Shown in pieces: positions 1 through 14,000 of a stretch of 64,000 nt of DNA (position 1 is its first letter; each line of letters opens with the position of its first letter). Origin of the DNA: Owenia fusiformis (Eukaryota); NCBI GenBank assembly GCA_903813345.2, contig CAIIXF020000001.1, positions 30,380,001 to 30,444,000 of the forward strand, given 5' to 3'. Position numbers and translations under genes: made by a program. Under the pieces are notes generated by a model. That model ran no database searches and was not told the origin of the DNA. It saw only the letters and a program-made list of their open reading frames with translations.

Positions 1-1045
1 GCCTTGCCTTGATCAGTCTCTCTCTCCCCATGTCCTTCTTTAAAGCTTGTTATAGAACCGACTATGGATCATACAATGTCTTGCTAGATTATTATAAGAA
101 TTTGGTATCTGATTTTGTCATTCTGTTTTATCAAACCTTCTCTTGGCTGACATCTGCCTTTAAGAATAGAAGCTGTATACATGTTGATGTCATAGTGTGA
201 TTACATAGTTCCTTCCTGATACCTATCTTTATCGTATCTTTGATTACCTAAACAGTAACTAGAACTTGGTCAGGGCAGGGCGGGGCTATCACATTGACAT
301 TCTAGTACATGTACACTGTAGCATTGAGTTAAAGATCTCACTATTCATGAACATTTTTAAATAAATCAGATAAATATCACAAGTGTCATCATGTTTCTCA
401 TAAACTATTTTGTAGACCTTATAATTTTAGGATGTTTAATGCATTTCATGAAGTTTTATTGCATGTCAAAATTTCAGGGTTAATTTGATTTGATATTTTA
501 ATGCATGTGTTAGAAATTTTTTCATGTTTGAAAAACTGAAAAAAGAAAGCTTATTATCTATCAGTAATAGAAGAAACCAGAAGTTTGGAATGGTATGAAT
601 ATTCAAAAATCTACATAAAGTTAATACTGTATTGTATGTCAAGCCCTGTAATAGGTGGGGTATTGCAATGGTTTTATAACATAAGGTCAAGGTAAAAGTA
701 AGAGACTGGGTGCCAGACTTAGCCTATCCCTACTTTTTCTGTTTCTTTTTCATGAAGCATGGCTAATACAGGCTCCAGTAAATCAGAATGAGAATTCTCT
801 GGGTACCAGCGCATTGATCTACAAAATGATATTCAATGCTGAGTCAATAGTGTATTTATTCGTTACATTTCATGATAAAGCACATATTGGGCATACAGAA
901 CTATACAAAAATAGGTTAAAGACATAGAGTTAGGTGTCAGCATAACTTTTTAAAGTACATAGTGAATGAACCAGACCATTTTGCAATTATTAACCACTAC
1001 TGTATTCAATATGTTCTTCACCCCATATTTAAAAATGGGCAGCAT

Positions 1046-1604
1046 TTACTCACGTCGAGAGCTACCATGTTAGATTTTGAAAGTATAGCTCTCCATCGTG
1101 AGGATCTCCCAGCTGAAGAATTGTGACATCTAAATTTGATCAGCGCCAGTCAACGGCTTGCTGTTTGTCTCAAACTGTAGCCTACATATGGGCTCATATG
1201 TTTCTACTTTCCCCGTGCATGTAAGATCGCGGATGTGCTTCTATGGCGATCAGGAGTTCTAATCGTTTTTTGTACGATACCCATTTCCAATATGGCGGTT
1301 AAACGGAAATACTATCGACGCATGCGCAACTTGGGAAACGTCAAGCCGCCATATTGAATATACCTGGCCAAAACTTTTGACACGACCAATAAAATGAAGT
1401 CCTGATCGATACATAGGGCAGTGAGACGTTCTATAGTTGAGCTGAATGAAAGATGCGATGTAGGATACATTTTTAGGTATATAATGTGCAACATGAGTCA
1501 GCTGAATTCCCTGAAATTTTCTTTGAAGTCAGGATTCTTAAGCTGTTGATTCTAGCGATAGAGAGCTATACTTTCAAAATCTAAGTAGCTCTCGACGGGA
1601 GTAA
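1046..1604. mobile_element. MITE, 559 bp, long TIRs, 8-bp TSD
   Basis: TIR ttactc(a/c)cgtcgagagctac..ttagattttgaaagtatagctctc at both ends; TSD ggcagcat at 1038-1045 and 1605-1612. Confidence 0.92.
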
Positions 1605-2949
1605 GGCAGCATATACATTAATCCCCCAATGATCTCTGTGTGCCATAAATCTAAATTCAAAACAAAAGAAGCTAAATCCTTATTTTATCTTTTTCGGTCA
1701 AAATATCTCAATTTTTCACCCTTTGGTAGGGTGAAAACAGTTTTTCAACAAAGAAGCATGTAATTTTCAAGGGGTCCAGCAGCAGGTTTTATTGTGGGGA
1801 GGTCACCTGTTGTATGTATATAACATTTGAATGTTAATCTTGTGGTTTGTATTTTTTATAACATGTAGTAAATGCAAAGTCATAACAGCACCTCTAAATT
1901 TAATGCCATGTTAAGCTAAAATGTTTTGATTTATATTGAAACTAACTTGCTAGAACTTCAACATGAACATAAATTCTTAAACACTATCATGAATCTTTAA
2001 CATTGACACATTTTCAACAACTAATACATATCAGGGTAGAACATATGATAAAAACCCTCACCCGTAACAAATGTCAAATTTTTGTTTAATTCGGGTTAAC
2101 TTGAAAAGTTAACTTTAACACAGTCTGCTTGTTTATGTAAATGCTTTGTGGGAGGAGCTTGTAAGTGGTTACATTTAGCCCCGAATCTGTATAACAAAAG
2201 TTTCGTACTGTGAAATATGGTCATACGTTTATATTAGGGCTGTATAAAAGAGGTAGTCAAGCTGAAAATGAAACATTAAAAATTATAGGGCCCAGTAGTT
2301 TTAAGAGTTGATATATGTAATATTTATATATAAGATTGCTTAATCCATAATGACATTGCTTAATGCATTGTACTTCTTGAAATAAAGCATATTTAGGTTT
2401 CATAATATTATAAACACAGTATTGATATGGTACTTATCTTAAGAGTACATTAAATATCAATTATGAAATACAGGTATGCCTTACTTGTATCAATGCCTTT
2501 CTGTTTACTTATTAACTTGCTTTAGATTGTATTTGGGGAATGATTTTGTAAGACAAGTAGGTGCCATACTGATGGATAAACATTTATGTTCTTTTTTTAT
2601 GGAGAATAAATGATATTTCAAAATTTTGAAGTTGTTTTCACTTAAACTTCCAAATGAAGTAAACAACTTGAATTATGTTTAGAAAATAAAAAGGCAGAAA
2701 TATATTGGGGTTACTAACATATGAACGAACTACACATTTTGAAAAAAATACACAATTAGATAAATCATTGTTCTTATTATTATTATAATTATGTATTACT
2801 TACCTCTGGGCTCAGGATATGCTGTATAGAGAGGCCATGCCCCAAGGCATGGAGCTCTTTACATATGCAAATCCCACTGCTAAAAATCACCCAGGTATAA
2901 TTCGAAATAAATGAAATAATTCGGAGATATACAGACAATGTCTCTAGAA

Positions 2950-3121
2950 CCGGTGTGAAAGAAATTTTGGTCCCCTGGGGATTATGATCCCTTTTCCTTA
3001 AGGCCCTTACTGGCCCTGACTGTATATAAATAATAAGGAAAATAATTGTAATTAGGTCACCATATAAATCAATAGAGAGTAGGACCAAAATTTGATAGGA
3101 CCACCTACCCTTTTACACCGG
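2950..3121. mobile_element. Short MITE-like relic with CCGGTGT ends
   Basis: ccggtgtgaaa/ttttacaccgg plus inner aaattttggtcc/ggaccaaaattt; no clear TSD. Confidence 0.5.
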
Positions 3122-3968
3122 TAAGGCCTCATTAGCTCATCTAATCTATTAAAGCACTAATATCTCTTATCTCAAAGGAAAACACTCAAATTATCAAAGT
3201 TGGTATTTGGAGACAGATAAAAGTTGATATCACAAGGATGGTTTCAACTTCACAAAAAACACATCCCATCTACTATAGCAATAAAAGCTCTTGTTTCAAA
3301 GTAAAAACACTCATGTGTTTTCAAAGTAGGGTGTAACTGAACTTGAAAGATGTCTGTCCATATATACATGTACACTTATTTTGATCTGTATGGTTTACAT
3401 GTCCAACTTTGTACAACTGATAAGCAGAAAGACAATATGATGTGCGAATTGTCCTTGGCAAATAGTAATAAACATATAAATATGTAGTGGCAGTACATAT
3501 ATTAATTTGCATATATGACTGATGGGCATTAGCCTTTCGTTGTAGAGTATGAAATTCATAGGAATAAATCCTTATAAAAACTGTTACATCCACATGTAAT
3601 CCATGACATGTACATATATCCTTCGAGTGTATGGCTGTAAAAACAGTAACATCTAGTACTTTTTACTATTTTATCATTGCCGATCAAATTAAAATGTTAA
3701 TTCTATCTGAACTGTTAAAGTCATTATCTGCTGCCATCTTTCATACAACATTTTCATAGTTTTGAAAAAATCACAACTACCAAGTCTCAATATTATACTA
3801 GTACCACACTTTAAATATTTTTTGATTTTTCTGCAGCATTGGAAGTATAAAAAGGTATACCTGTTTGTGCCCCAGCTTGTAATCTTGATTATGGTTATCT
3901 AGGTAGTATTACTTAACGCAAGATTGTTTGAATTACTGTTTGAAATCATGATTGCTTGCGCAAAATAC

Positions 3969-4437
3969 TAGTGTTGTCGCGATGTGCCATAATCATACAT
4001 CGATGCATCGGCAATTTTCAGTAGTAAACATCGATGCTCATCGCGATGTACATCGAGAAAAAGTCCGAGAAAAGTGCATTGAAATACCGAACGCTAATGC
4101 ACTAAAATACCGAACAGAACAAATTAATAAGAGTACGCTGGTACATCCGGGAACCTCTAGTAACGGTGAAATGAAAGTAAAGTAATTTTTTTAGATTAAT
4201 GGTTCATTTGGACTAGCTAAAACAGTTTAAAAGCGAAATAATATCAGAAAACATTGGAAAATGAAATAAGACATGAGAAAGGTAAGCGATTTGCGTCAAA
4301 ATAAGACAAGAAAGGGTGATTTTTAGCAAATTAAATTTTTTTAAAAACATCGATGTTTTGTTTCAGACATCGATGCATCGCCAGAATCAGCTTTGGCGAT
4401 GCATATCGCGATGTATCGATTAATCGCGACAACACTA
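3969..4437. mobile_element. hAT-like MITE, 469 bp
   Basis: 15-bp perfect TIR tagtgttgtcgcgat; 8-bp TSD caaaatac at 3961-3968 and 4438-4445; subterminal ATCGAT/TCGCGA palindromes. Confidence 0.92.
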
Positions 4438-4977
4438 CAAAATACCCATAATTTCGTAATGAGCGGCATTATAATCTGTTATCATAATGAAGTCCTTTTG
4501 GCATGTGACTATAGCTAGGTAATGTTTGATGTAGGATCTAACATACCTTTACCCAAAGTATCTCGTAGGGATTTCACCAAGATGCAGTTTTCTAAATCCC
4601 AAATAAGTTCAAGCTTAAATTGTTTCCCAAAACCTCTTATAGTCTTGCATGCCATTTGTTATATCTCCAGGTTTAACACTCAATATTCTAATGGATGGAC
4701 AGCACTGTATCATTATGTCTATTTGTCTAAACTGTCCCCATGACGTTAGAGCCATTTCATCTGTTTTCCTAGCATTTAACATTAATACAATTTTAATATT
4801 ATGAAATAAAATGAGACTTCTAAATCATGGCATATTCTACACTCGTCACACTATAAAGTTATCTTACCTTCTAATTGCACAGACGATGATCATTCTCACT
4901 AATTTGCAATAACCAGTTGATCTTAACTCTTGTCTAATTCAATAGAGTTGTGAACAGTATTTTATTGTGTTTTTCAG

Positions 4978-5067
4978 GGTAATCGTCTCGTATATGATCT
5001 ATTTGAGGATCTCCGTGATGGACACAATCTCATCTCTCTACTGGAAGTCCTTGGTCAAGAAGGATTG
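4978..5067 (+). CDS. MACF1: Spectraplakin exon, CH1 domain ([30 protein letters not shown])
   Basis: ttttcag acceptor, gtgagt donor, 90 nt, phase 0-0; calponin-homology motif DLRDG. Confidence 0.95.
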
Positions 5068-8000
5068 GTGAGTTGACTTAGAAAGAGGATAAAATATTAA
5101 TAAATGAAGCTTCAAAATTTTGTTGGTACATTTTTTGGGATCAGGAATATCATTGAATTATCATGAACAAAGATTGCAATTCTTTTCAGCTTTGAACCAC
5201 TTTTGAACAGTTTTGGAAATGCTTTGGTCAGATATGGTCACCTATAACCCCAAAAATATGAAAAACACAGTCACCGAAGCAACATCATTTTAAACTGTAT
5301 AAACATTTCTTTGAATATTGGGAACTTGTTGAAAATAAATTGAAAATCTAACCAAAACGCAAAACTTAAACACAAATGTTTGGTAAAAATTTTCGGCTCT
5401 TGCAACATCAAACATTAACAATATGTACTTTATATTAACTTTATGTTTCAGCCACGGGAACGAGGACGAATGCGCTTCCACAAACTACAAAATTGCCAAA
5501 TAGCATTAGATTTTCTCAAATATAAAGGGGTAAGTTAATAGCATAATCCTGTCCCATATTCTCCATTTAAATAGTTCTTTATTGCAGTTTACAATGTTAT
5601 ATACGTTATGTCATAATGGGAGCAGGTATATGAATGCACTCACTTGTCATTAAAATTATGTGAAATGATGAGGCCTCATATGTGAGATCATCAGTTTTTG
5701 TAACATTAGGTTTGTTTGGAAGGATGACCTTTATTGTGGTTTTTAAGACACACCCCAGAAAATGTCACCAACTCTCTGTAATAAGAGAGCAACCACTTAT
5801 TGAAGAAATCCAATGAAAACCTTTTCTATTAATCCAACCTTGTATAATAAATGTTTTTCTTGGTGTCACCTTCCCATTTGAATGAAACCTAACAGTAGCT
5901 GAATGTATCTGAAAGTTAAGTGTTTTATGAGTGAAGTTAAGTCAAATATTTTAGTTGTTAAGGGTTCTTGAAATAATACACTTAATTCAGTCATAATAAT
6001 ATCTCATTATAGTTTGCATGTTTATCAAAGATTAGAAACACCAGATTTGATTTTTGAAATTGATTTTATTTTCAATTAGTTGATAACAACTACCTCTTGG
6101 AGTATACTTAAAGATTAAAAGTGATTTATGTATTTTTTGTTTATTCTATATTCAAAGTTATTGTAACCTCTGTGCAACATGCACATTTCATGAAATTACA
6201 TTTATTTTATTTTTTCTGTGAAATGTTTATTTGAAGAATAGGAAAGAATAATTTACACGAACAATTTGAAAGGATTTTGCTGCATTCAATTGATCGTGTA
6301 CTGTATTCATTGGGTATTTGGTTACTTTTACTAACACCCTATGAAAAAACTTTTCCTTTTTTTGTTTTCTTAGTGAATTCTATCTTTTTTGCCATTTTAT
6401 TTCTGAATAAATCTTTTAGGACATATTTTTTTTTTGTGATGTGTGAAAAACTCATGAACATAAATTCAGGTTATTTACGGTAAAGTAAACAACTGAAGTT
6501 GAATTCATCTATTCATTATTTCTTCGCAAATTGAAGTCATGTGGAGATTTTTAAAACTTTTCAAGATTTTGCTTCTTAAGGAACCAAATGTTGATTGTGG
6601 TATTTTTTACACACAAGTGATCAATCATCCTTCCTTAACATGTGCAATGTCGTTAAATAAAGGCATAATGTAAAATATACCAAAATTTTTTTAAAGGATA
6701 TATATTATGGGATTGACAAGATATTAGGAGCAGTCTGCAACACAACAAGTTTATATTAATTACAAAATGTGACACTTCATGTTGAGTAGACTTTCACTTT
6801 CATATTTGATCTTTTAGATGCTTGTTTAGATATGTGTAGCATCTCCTATTTATTTACGTCAATTATGAAACCTTTAAAAATTATACTAGCAGTTAATATA
6901 TGACATCTATACATCAAAATCAAAAATAATATTTTTGTCCATTGTATGCAGCAAGATAGCAACCATAATGCTATACTCTAGTTATTATGTCTTGTGATTT
7001 TCCCCACTATTTTCACATGTTAGACCTGTAACATTCCCTGATTTGTAACCACTATGTATTTTTTTTTCTTTCAGATCAAGTTGGTGAACATCCGAGCAGA
7101 TGAAATTGTGGATGGGAATCCAAAGTTGTCCCTTGGCCTTATATGGACTATAATCTTACACTTCCAGGTATGGCAGTTTATTCTCAATTTCCTAACATCA
7201 ACCCACTTCTCATTAAAAATAAATGCAATTTACGAAAATATCATAATGGCAGGAGGCAGAGACCCTATGCAAGATAAAGAGGATATCCTATGTTATGAGT
7301 GATATGATTTTTATCCATGAGTGGATAAAAATCATATAAATAAATCATGTTCTTTTTATTCCATAGTTAAAGGGTTCTTGCCAAACCTCTGATTGGCCAA
7401 TGTTCGAGATTATATCTCTCATACCACTCAGATTGCATAAAGTCATTCTGTAATCCCCTCCTTCTTTCCTTACTCAGGCCATGGCTTTTATTCCAGTTCC
7501 CCCAAAACTTCAAGTATAGTACAATGTGAGATATAAGGAGACATGTAGCTTGTAAGCTGTGGTATAACAGACATTGGTTGAGTAGGTCTTATAAATCATT
7601 GTGGTTCAAAAATCAAGTAGCCGTCCAGTCCTTTAAATCATATAATATATTGATTTACAAATGTTTATGAGACATGTTCATTACTTTTTAAAAATGGTTG
7701 TATAAATCATATTAACATGCTTTTGAATCATATTACTGCCAATAGAGGGCAGTAGTATGTAGAAAGGCATTTGTACAAATGATAATTTTAGAAGGTAATG
7801 GTTGTAACTGTTTAGGGTGGGCCTCTGTACTACAGGTGGTCTGAAAATCTAGTTAGGAAATGTATAGATATTCTCCTCCAGAAAACCTTCCGTATTTTTC
7901 TTCAAAATCCATGCTTCTATCAAATTTTGTTTTCAGTTTTTACAAATAAAGAACATATAAATGTCTGTAGCCTCTGTATAATGAACATATAATTTCAATG

Positions 8001-11000
8001 TTTGCATGTTTAAGAATTAAATAGTTCAGAATTACAACCATTATATTTGGATATTTTCTTAGTTTTTAGAATCTAATTCTTCTTCATAGCTTTTCTAAAG
8101 CTAAAAGATAAAGTTGTGATACAGCTGTTATCAAACAGTGGTTAAAGGTATCTCTCAGCATAGCACCAGCTGGTTAAACTTAGAATGGCCTACAACTTGT
8201 AAATACTTAAAACATTTTTTCTTATTATAAAAAAACACAAAATTAGATAAGAATACAGATACCATATATATTTTTATTACATGGTTAACTCCTGATCCAG
8301 TAATAATTAAATTACAATTATATGCGAACCTGATGCCACTGTGTGTTCCAGATGTACAGCACACTAATTTGTTATGGCATGTACACTTGAACTGTTGGTA
8401 TGTAAAGATACATAAGTTTGACAAACTCTAACATATGTCAAAATAATACCAGGTAGATTATAATCAACAGATCGATGTAAGATTTTGCCTGGCTGAAGTT
8501 AAGCTGCCCGCAAGTAAAATACAGAGCAGTTTACTAAAAACAAGATATCTCTCTTGTCTGCTTGTTCCGCTCTTGAAAGTAAATCTAGCATAAAGAGCAA
8601 AGTTGAAAAAAACTCCTTGTGATTTCAAAGAAACTTTCTTTTTCATTCGTATAATTGATTATGATTCCTGTAAACATCCTTGGTAATATATCAAGGTATA
8701 CTGTCTTGATTGGTTTACCAGCCTCTTGGTTGAACTTATTTATGTGCACCAATGCATGATTTTTCAGTAGTTCTTGTGGTAAAATGCCCCAGCTTTAAAT
8801 AAAAATATCTGATATATCTTCTGACAGTTTCCCCATTTGTTTTTGGCAATAGCTATTTTTGTTAATCGTTAGCTGTGTTGCGTTGTTCAAGTGAAGAATT
8901 TACCTGGTCTATAGGAGGTGTTTGTGCTATATGATATAACCAAATCTTTTTCTCATACAAAATACATTAACACAGTATGGAAAATATATTCCTGTAAATT
9001 GATTCAGAAAGGATTATGGATGAGGACTATTATGCTCGTCTAAGGGATTATTATAGTAAGGAAAGTGCAAATAGGTCGAAGGTTTTAAGAAAAGGTGAGG
9101 CTTCTAGAGCTGCATATTCAGGTTTCAGCTACTCAGACAAATGTTTAACAATAGCAAACAATGAGCCAGAGTTTACACGTCATGGAGTACATTCAAAGGA
9201 ACAATCACATAAGAATACTGGAGTTAAACCTATATCTCAACTGGACTTGGATATTGGAGATACCAATCTAGTGATCACTGGGGCCCATAAAGTTGATGTG
9301 CATGACCCTAAACTTTGGGAGGATATGGAAATTAGATCTTCCAAAGCATATCATAATCCTATTCGTGAGGGGCTTGGTGGTCAGCAGCGTGACCTTGAAA
9401 AAGGGGAATTTGTTCAACCTAATTCTGCCAATCCTGAAGATCTATATGTTAAGAATGATGAGGGGGAGGAGTTTCAAGGCGGTAGCTTTCAGTCAATCCC
9501 ATTCTCTCAACTCTCTGAAGCGGCTAGTGCTCCAATGGTCTCTGACCTTGATGTGAGAAAATTTGACGTCCCAAGCAAGATGATGGTAATCTATGATATT
9601 GGAGGACCAAGTGACACAGAGTTCAACCAAGGGTCACATATTTTAGGGTTCACCGTACCCCCAACAACAATGTCGACAAGTGACCAACAAAGAGAGCAAT
9701 GTATTGTTTCAGATAACTTTCAGTTTGACATTGTAACTAGTAAACCACCTATTTACCAACAAGCTAATACATTACTGGACAATATTTCAGAATTGAGACC
9801 TGTGAGGAAAAGTAAGAGTGCACAATTGTCAACAGATAGTAAACAGGTGTCAACAAATAGTGCACAAGTATCAACATTCGAGGAGCCGCCTTCATATGGA
9901 GATGTCATAGAATCTGATTTAAGTCTTAAGCCTTATCTAACAAGTACAGATCCACCAAATTCACCTATCATAGAGGTTACATCATCCAGGCAGAAAGTAA
10001 AACAATTTAATAGGAGTGAGGTTATCAATAATAGTGATTATAACCAAATTGGCGGTAACATAAACAGAGGCAGTATCATTTCAAGTGGTTTTGCTGACAA
10101 GGTAACTGATAAGAAGAAAACTTTACATATAAGAGGACATGGTCCAACATTGATTGCTAAAAACTCAAAAACACAGCGTAGTAAGCCATCTTTCAAATAT
10201 GATGGTGGTCAACAATATAAGCAAAGTAGCTTGATATCTGGAAGCTATCATCGATATCCAGCAGTTAGCATGGAGTCTGATAGCACTGATAGTGAAGAAG
10301 AGGCTTCTAAATCGTTTGGAGATTATGTCGTGGAAAATACAGATGTTGGGTCTGGTCTGCCACTGCCTTTTTTCATCACAAGGCGAGCTGAAGCTGTACC
10401 CAAAAGAAAACCTCATAGAAAGCGAAGTGCTGCAGGGCAGAATATAACTGTCAAAGGCCATTCACACCTTAGAAGAACTGTATCAGCTGATAATGTCAAA
10501 ATTAGACCAAGTACATCTCATCAAAATAGCTTATGGGAGGATTTTCTTGATGGTGGATCTAAGAAAACACTGGGGTCTGAAACATCGCAGAATCAAGACA
10601 ATAAAGATATAACTCAAATTCAAGGAAATGGGGCTGATGAAATGTCAGTAGATGGAAGCATCGATGAAGTAGCTATTGAGATACTGAATGAAGAGGACTA
10701 TGAAAAAATCCTAGAAGATACACTTGAAAAAGTTGAGCCACAAAATGAGAGAGATAGCAAAGAATCATCTCCCGAAGATTCAGTTACTCAAGAAAAGGTC
10801 AATTTCGAGAAACTATTAGATGAAACTTTGGAAGAGTATGATATCATTAGCTCAACTGAGTACAAAGACACAAGAGACGATACACCGGAAAAACTCATTG
10901 TATATACAAGTACCCCTAATAAACTGGACAAAAACAAAAACACAGAAGATACTCAAAGTAAAGCAAGTGATTTCGAAGATGACTTTACTTTTAGTATCAT

Positions 11001-14000
11001 TGAAAGCCCAATAAAACTTGATAATGACTTGAGGGATAACAGAACGAAAGAACCTATTGGAGTTGCAGATGTAGTGGAAAGATACAATGATGACAAAGAA
11101 GATAGGACACCAATAAAATCACCAAGTTCATCAAGGAGGCATTCTAAAGAAATAAAGGATAAAACACCTGAACCATATGACATAGAGCAACCATTTGGCA
11201 CTCTGACTGTCCATACACCTATCAAACTCAGATCAGTGTCTCCAGAACCAACTAAGGTGAAGAAAACGACTGACAAAAGTAAAGTGAAATCATCAAAGAA
11301 GCATGACAAAACTAAAGATGTTCCTAAACAAAAAACTATGCCAGTGCCAGTATCTATCAAATTTAAGGATAGTGGTTCACAGATTACTGGAATATCTTTG
11401 AAGATACCTGTTGAGGTAGGGCCCATTGGAACTGTTGATGTACCAATGCCCTTACATATACAAGGCAAACTTGTAGACACAATGTCATTATCCGATGTCT
11501 CAGATATACATGATAATATAGGAGATGCAATCGAATCTGATGGTGATGGTGAGAGAAATACTGCAATGGGTACTGACTTAGAGACTGAAATGGATAAAAG
11601 AACTACCACTGTGAAGACTGAAATAGATGAAAGTACTACTGTTGTGAAGACTGAAATGAGTGAAAGTACGACTGTTGTGAAGACTGAAATGGGTGAAAGT
11701 ACTACCATTGTGAAGACTGAAATAGATGAAAGTACTACTGTTGTGAAGACAGAAATGGATGAAAGTACTACTGTTATGCAGACTGAAATGGATGAAAGTA
11801 CTTCTGTTAAGACTGAAATGAATGAAAGTACTACTGTTGTGAAGACAGAAATGGATGAAAGAACTGCTGTTATGCAGACTGAAATGGATGAAAGTACTTC
11901 TGTTAAGACTGAAATGAATGAAAGTACTACTGTTGTGAAGACTGAAATGGATAAAAGCACTGCTGTTATGCAGACTGAAATGGATCAAAGTACTTCTGTT
12001 AAGACTGAAATAAATGAAAGTACTACTGTGATAGAGACTGAAATGGATGAAAGTCCTACTGTTGTGAAGACTGAAATAGATGAAAGTACTACTGTCATAA
12101 AGACTGAAATGGATGAAAGTCTTACTGTTGTGAAGACTGAAATGGATGAAAATACTGCTGTTGTGAAGACTGAAATGGATGAAAGTCCTTCTGTAATGCA
12201 GACTGAAATAGATGAAAGTACTGCGAATAATCAAGATAATATGAAAATCAAACAGGAAGTGATACAAACCAACGTTGATATTGGCCTTGAAAACACTTGG
12301 GACATACCCCTTCAAGATGACCTTGTATGTACAGTAGTTGGTGAAGAAACTGCTACAACGCAGAATGAGTTGGATCTGCTGACCTGTAAAAGTGATCCAT
12401 TTAGGGCAGTAGCGATGCCAAGAATTAATTGGGAAGTTGTGGAGCAAACATTAGATGTCAATGACTCTATGTACTATGAAGTAACACATGAATTCAATAG
12501 AAATGAAGAACAAATGGTCAAGTATAATCAAGACCAGGTGGAGGTAGTTGTTGAAAGGGTTAATGTAGAGGATCCAAAACAGATTGAGAATATACTTATA
12601 CCAGCTGTTGAAGAACCAATTCAAATTGAAGAAACAAACACAAGTGGCCAACATGAACCAGACGCAAACAAGGATGGACATTCAGATACACAAATCATTA
12701 TTGAGAGAGATAATTCAATTGGTTCTGAATCAAGTGATAAATTGACCAGTGACTCTGATGGACATACAGTTTCTGATAACCAGAAAAGTGTTCATGGTAA
12801 AAAACAAGTGCATACTGAATCTAAAGAATCTGAATCAGAGGATCACAAAGATATTGAAGCTGATGATGAAATGAGTGTGGACTCTGAAGATCAGATGGTC
12901 TTTAGATACACAAAGCAAAAGGTTGAACACTCAGTTGAGCAAGTGATAATGGAGTATGATGACCAGTCAGAAGAAGAACCTGTGCTGGTGAAAGACAAAA
13001 TTTATGGTGACATTAGTTCACCTGATCAGATTGATGTTAATGAGACTGAAATAAAGGATAGTATTAATGAGATATCTGCTGAAGCATCTGAAGCTTCTCT
13101 TTATGATGAAAATGATGATGAACAGTCTCAAAAAGATGTCAGTCCACCATCTTGGGTTCAACCTAAGCAAATAATACACCAACAAAGATTTGAGAAATAT
13201 GATTCTATGATAAGTGAAAAGCCTAAGGTCACTGAGCAGTTGTCATCAGACAGAACAATAAAAGTCACAATGACAAGTTCTTATGAGATCACCGATACAG
13301 CAATTGATAATGGGGAAAGTTTGCGTTATACTAAACCAGATGCTCCTAATGGTAACGTCACAGAAAGTTCCTCATTGAGAGATGTCAAAATTCTAAAACT
13401 GAGACAAATTGATACAAAGACGATGTTTGACAGAGTTAAACGTGCTCCTGATTTGGCTGGAGAATCTGAATTTGAGATCTTAAAAGAACTTTATGAAAAA
13501 GTGAACATATCTGATGCTGAATCGAGTCAAGTTTTAGAAAAGCTTGAGCAAGAAGCATTGGAACGTGTCCGACTCTTGGATGATGACTTACAGAAAACTG
13601 AACTAATTGCCACTGAACTAGGTGACCACACCAAGAATGTGAATGGAGAAAAACAAAAGGATATTGTTAAACCAAAGGATGTAGATGAACAACAGGTAGG
13701 CGGAACTTCTATTTGTTCTAAGTGCACTGCTTAGTAGGTAGATAGGTGTTTATCAATTTAGTTGGCATTGTCTACATAGTATAAGCTTGATAGGTTATCA
13801 ATAACTTTGCTTGTCAAGCATTTCTACTTCACCTAAATATTTCTTGAAGAATATATAGGATAATTTAACAACAGAAAAGTTGTCAGTTCATCTTGAACAT
13901 ACGTTATAAGTCTGTGATTATTATAGTGATTTCATCAAATTATTGAATATTCACATGTATTTCCAGGCCCCACATGCTTGTTATCATAAGGCTGCATTGC

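Noticed and set aside
10953..12447. Minus-strand ORFs of 335 aa and 289 aa
   Set aside because: Antisense shadows of the stop-free 33-bp coding repeat within the 1572-aa + strand ORF
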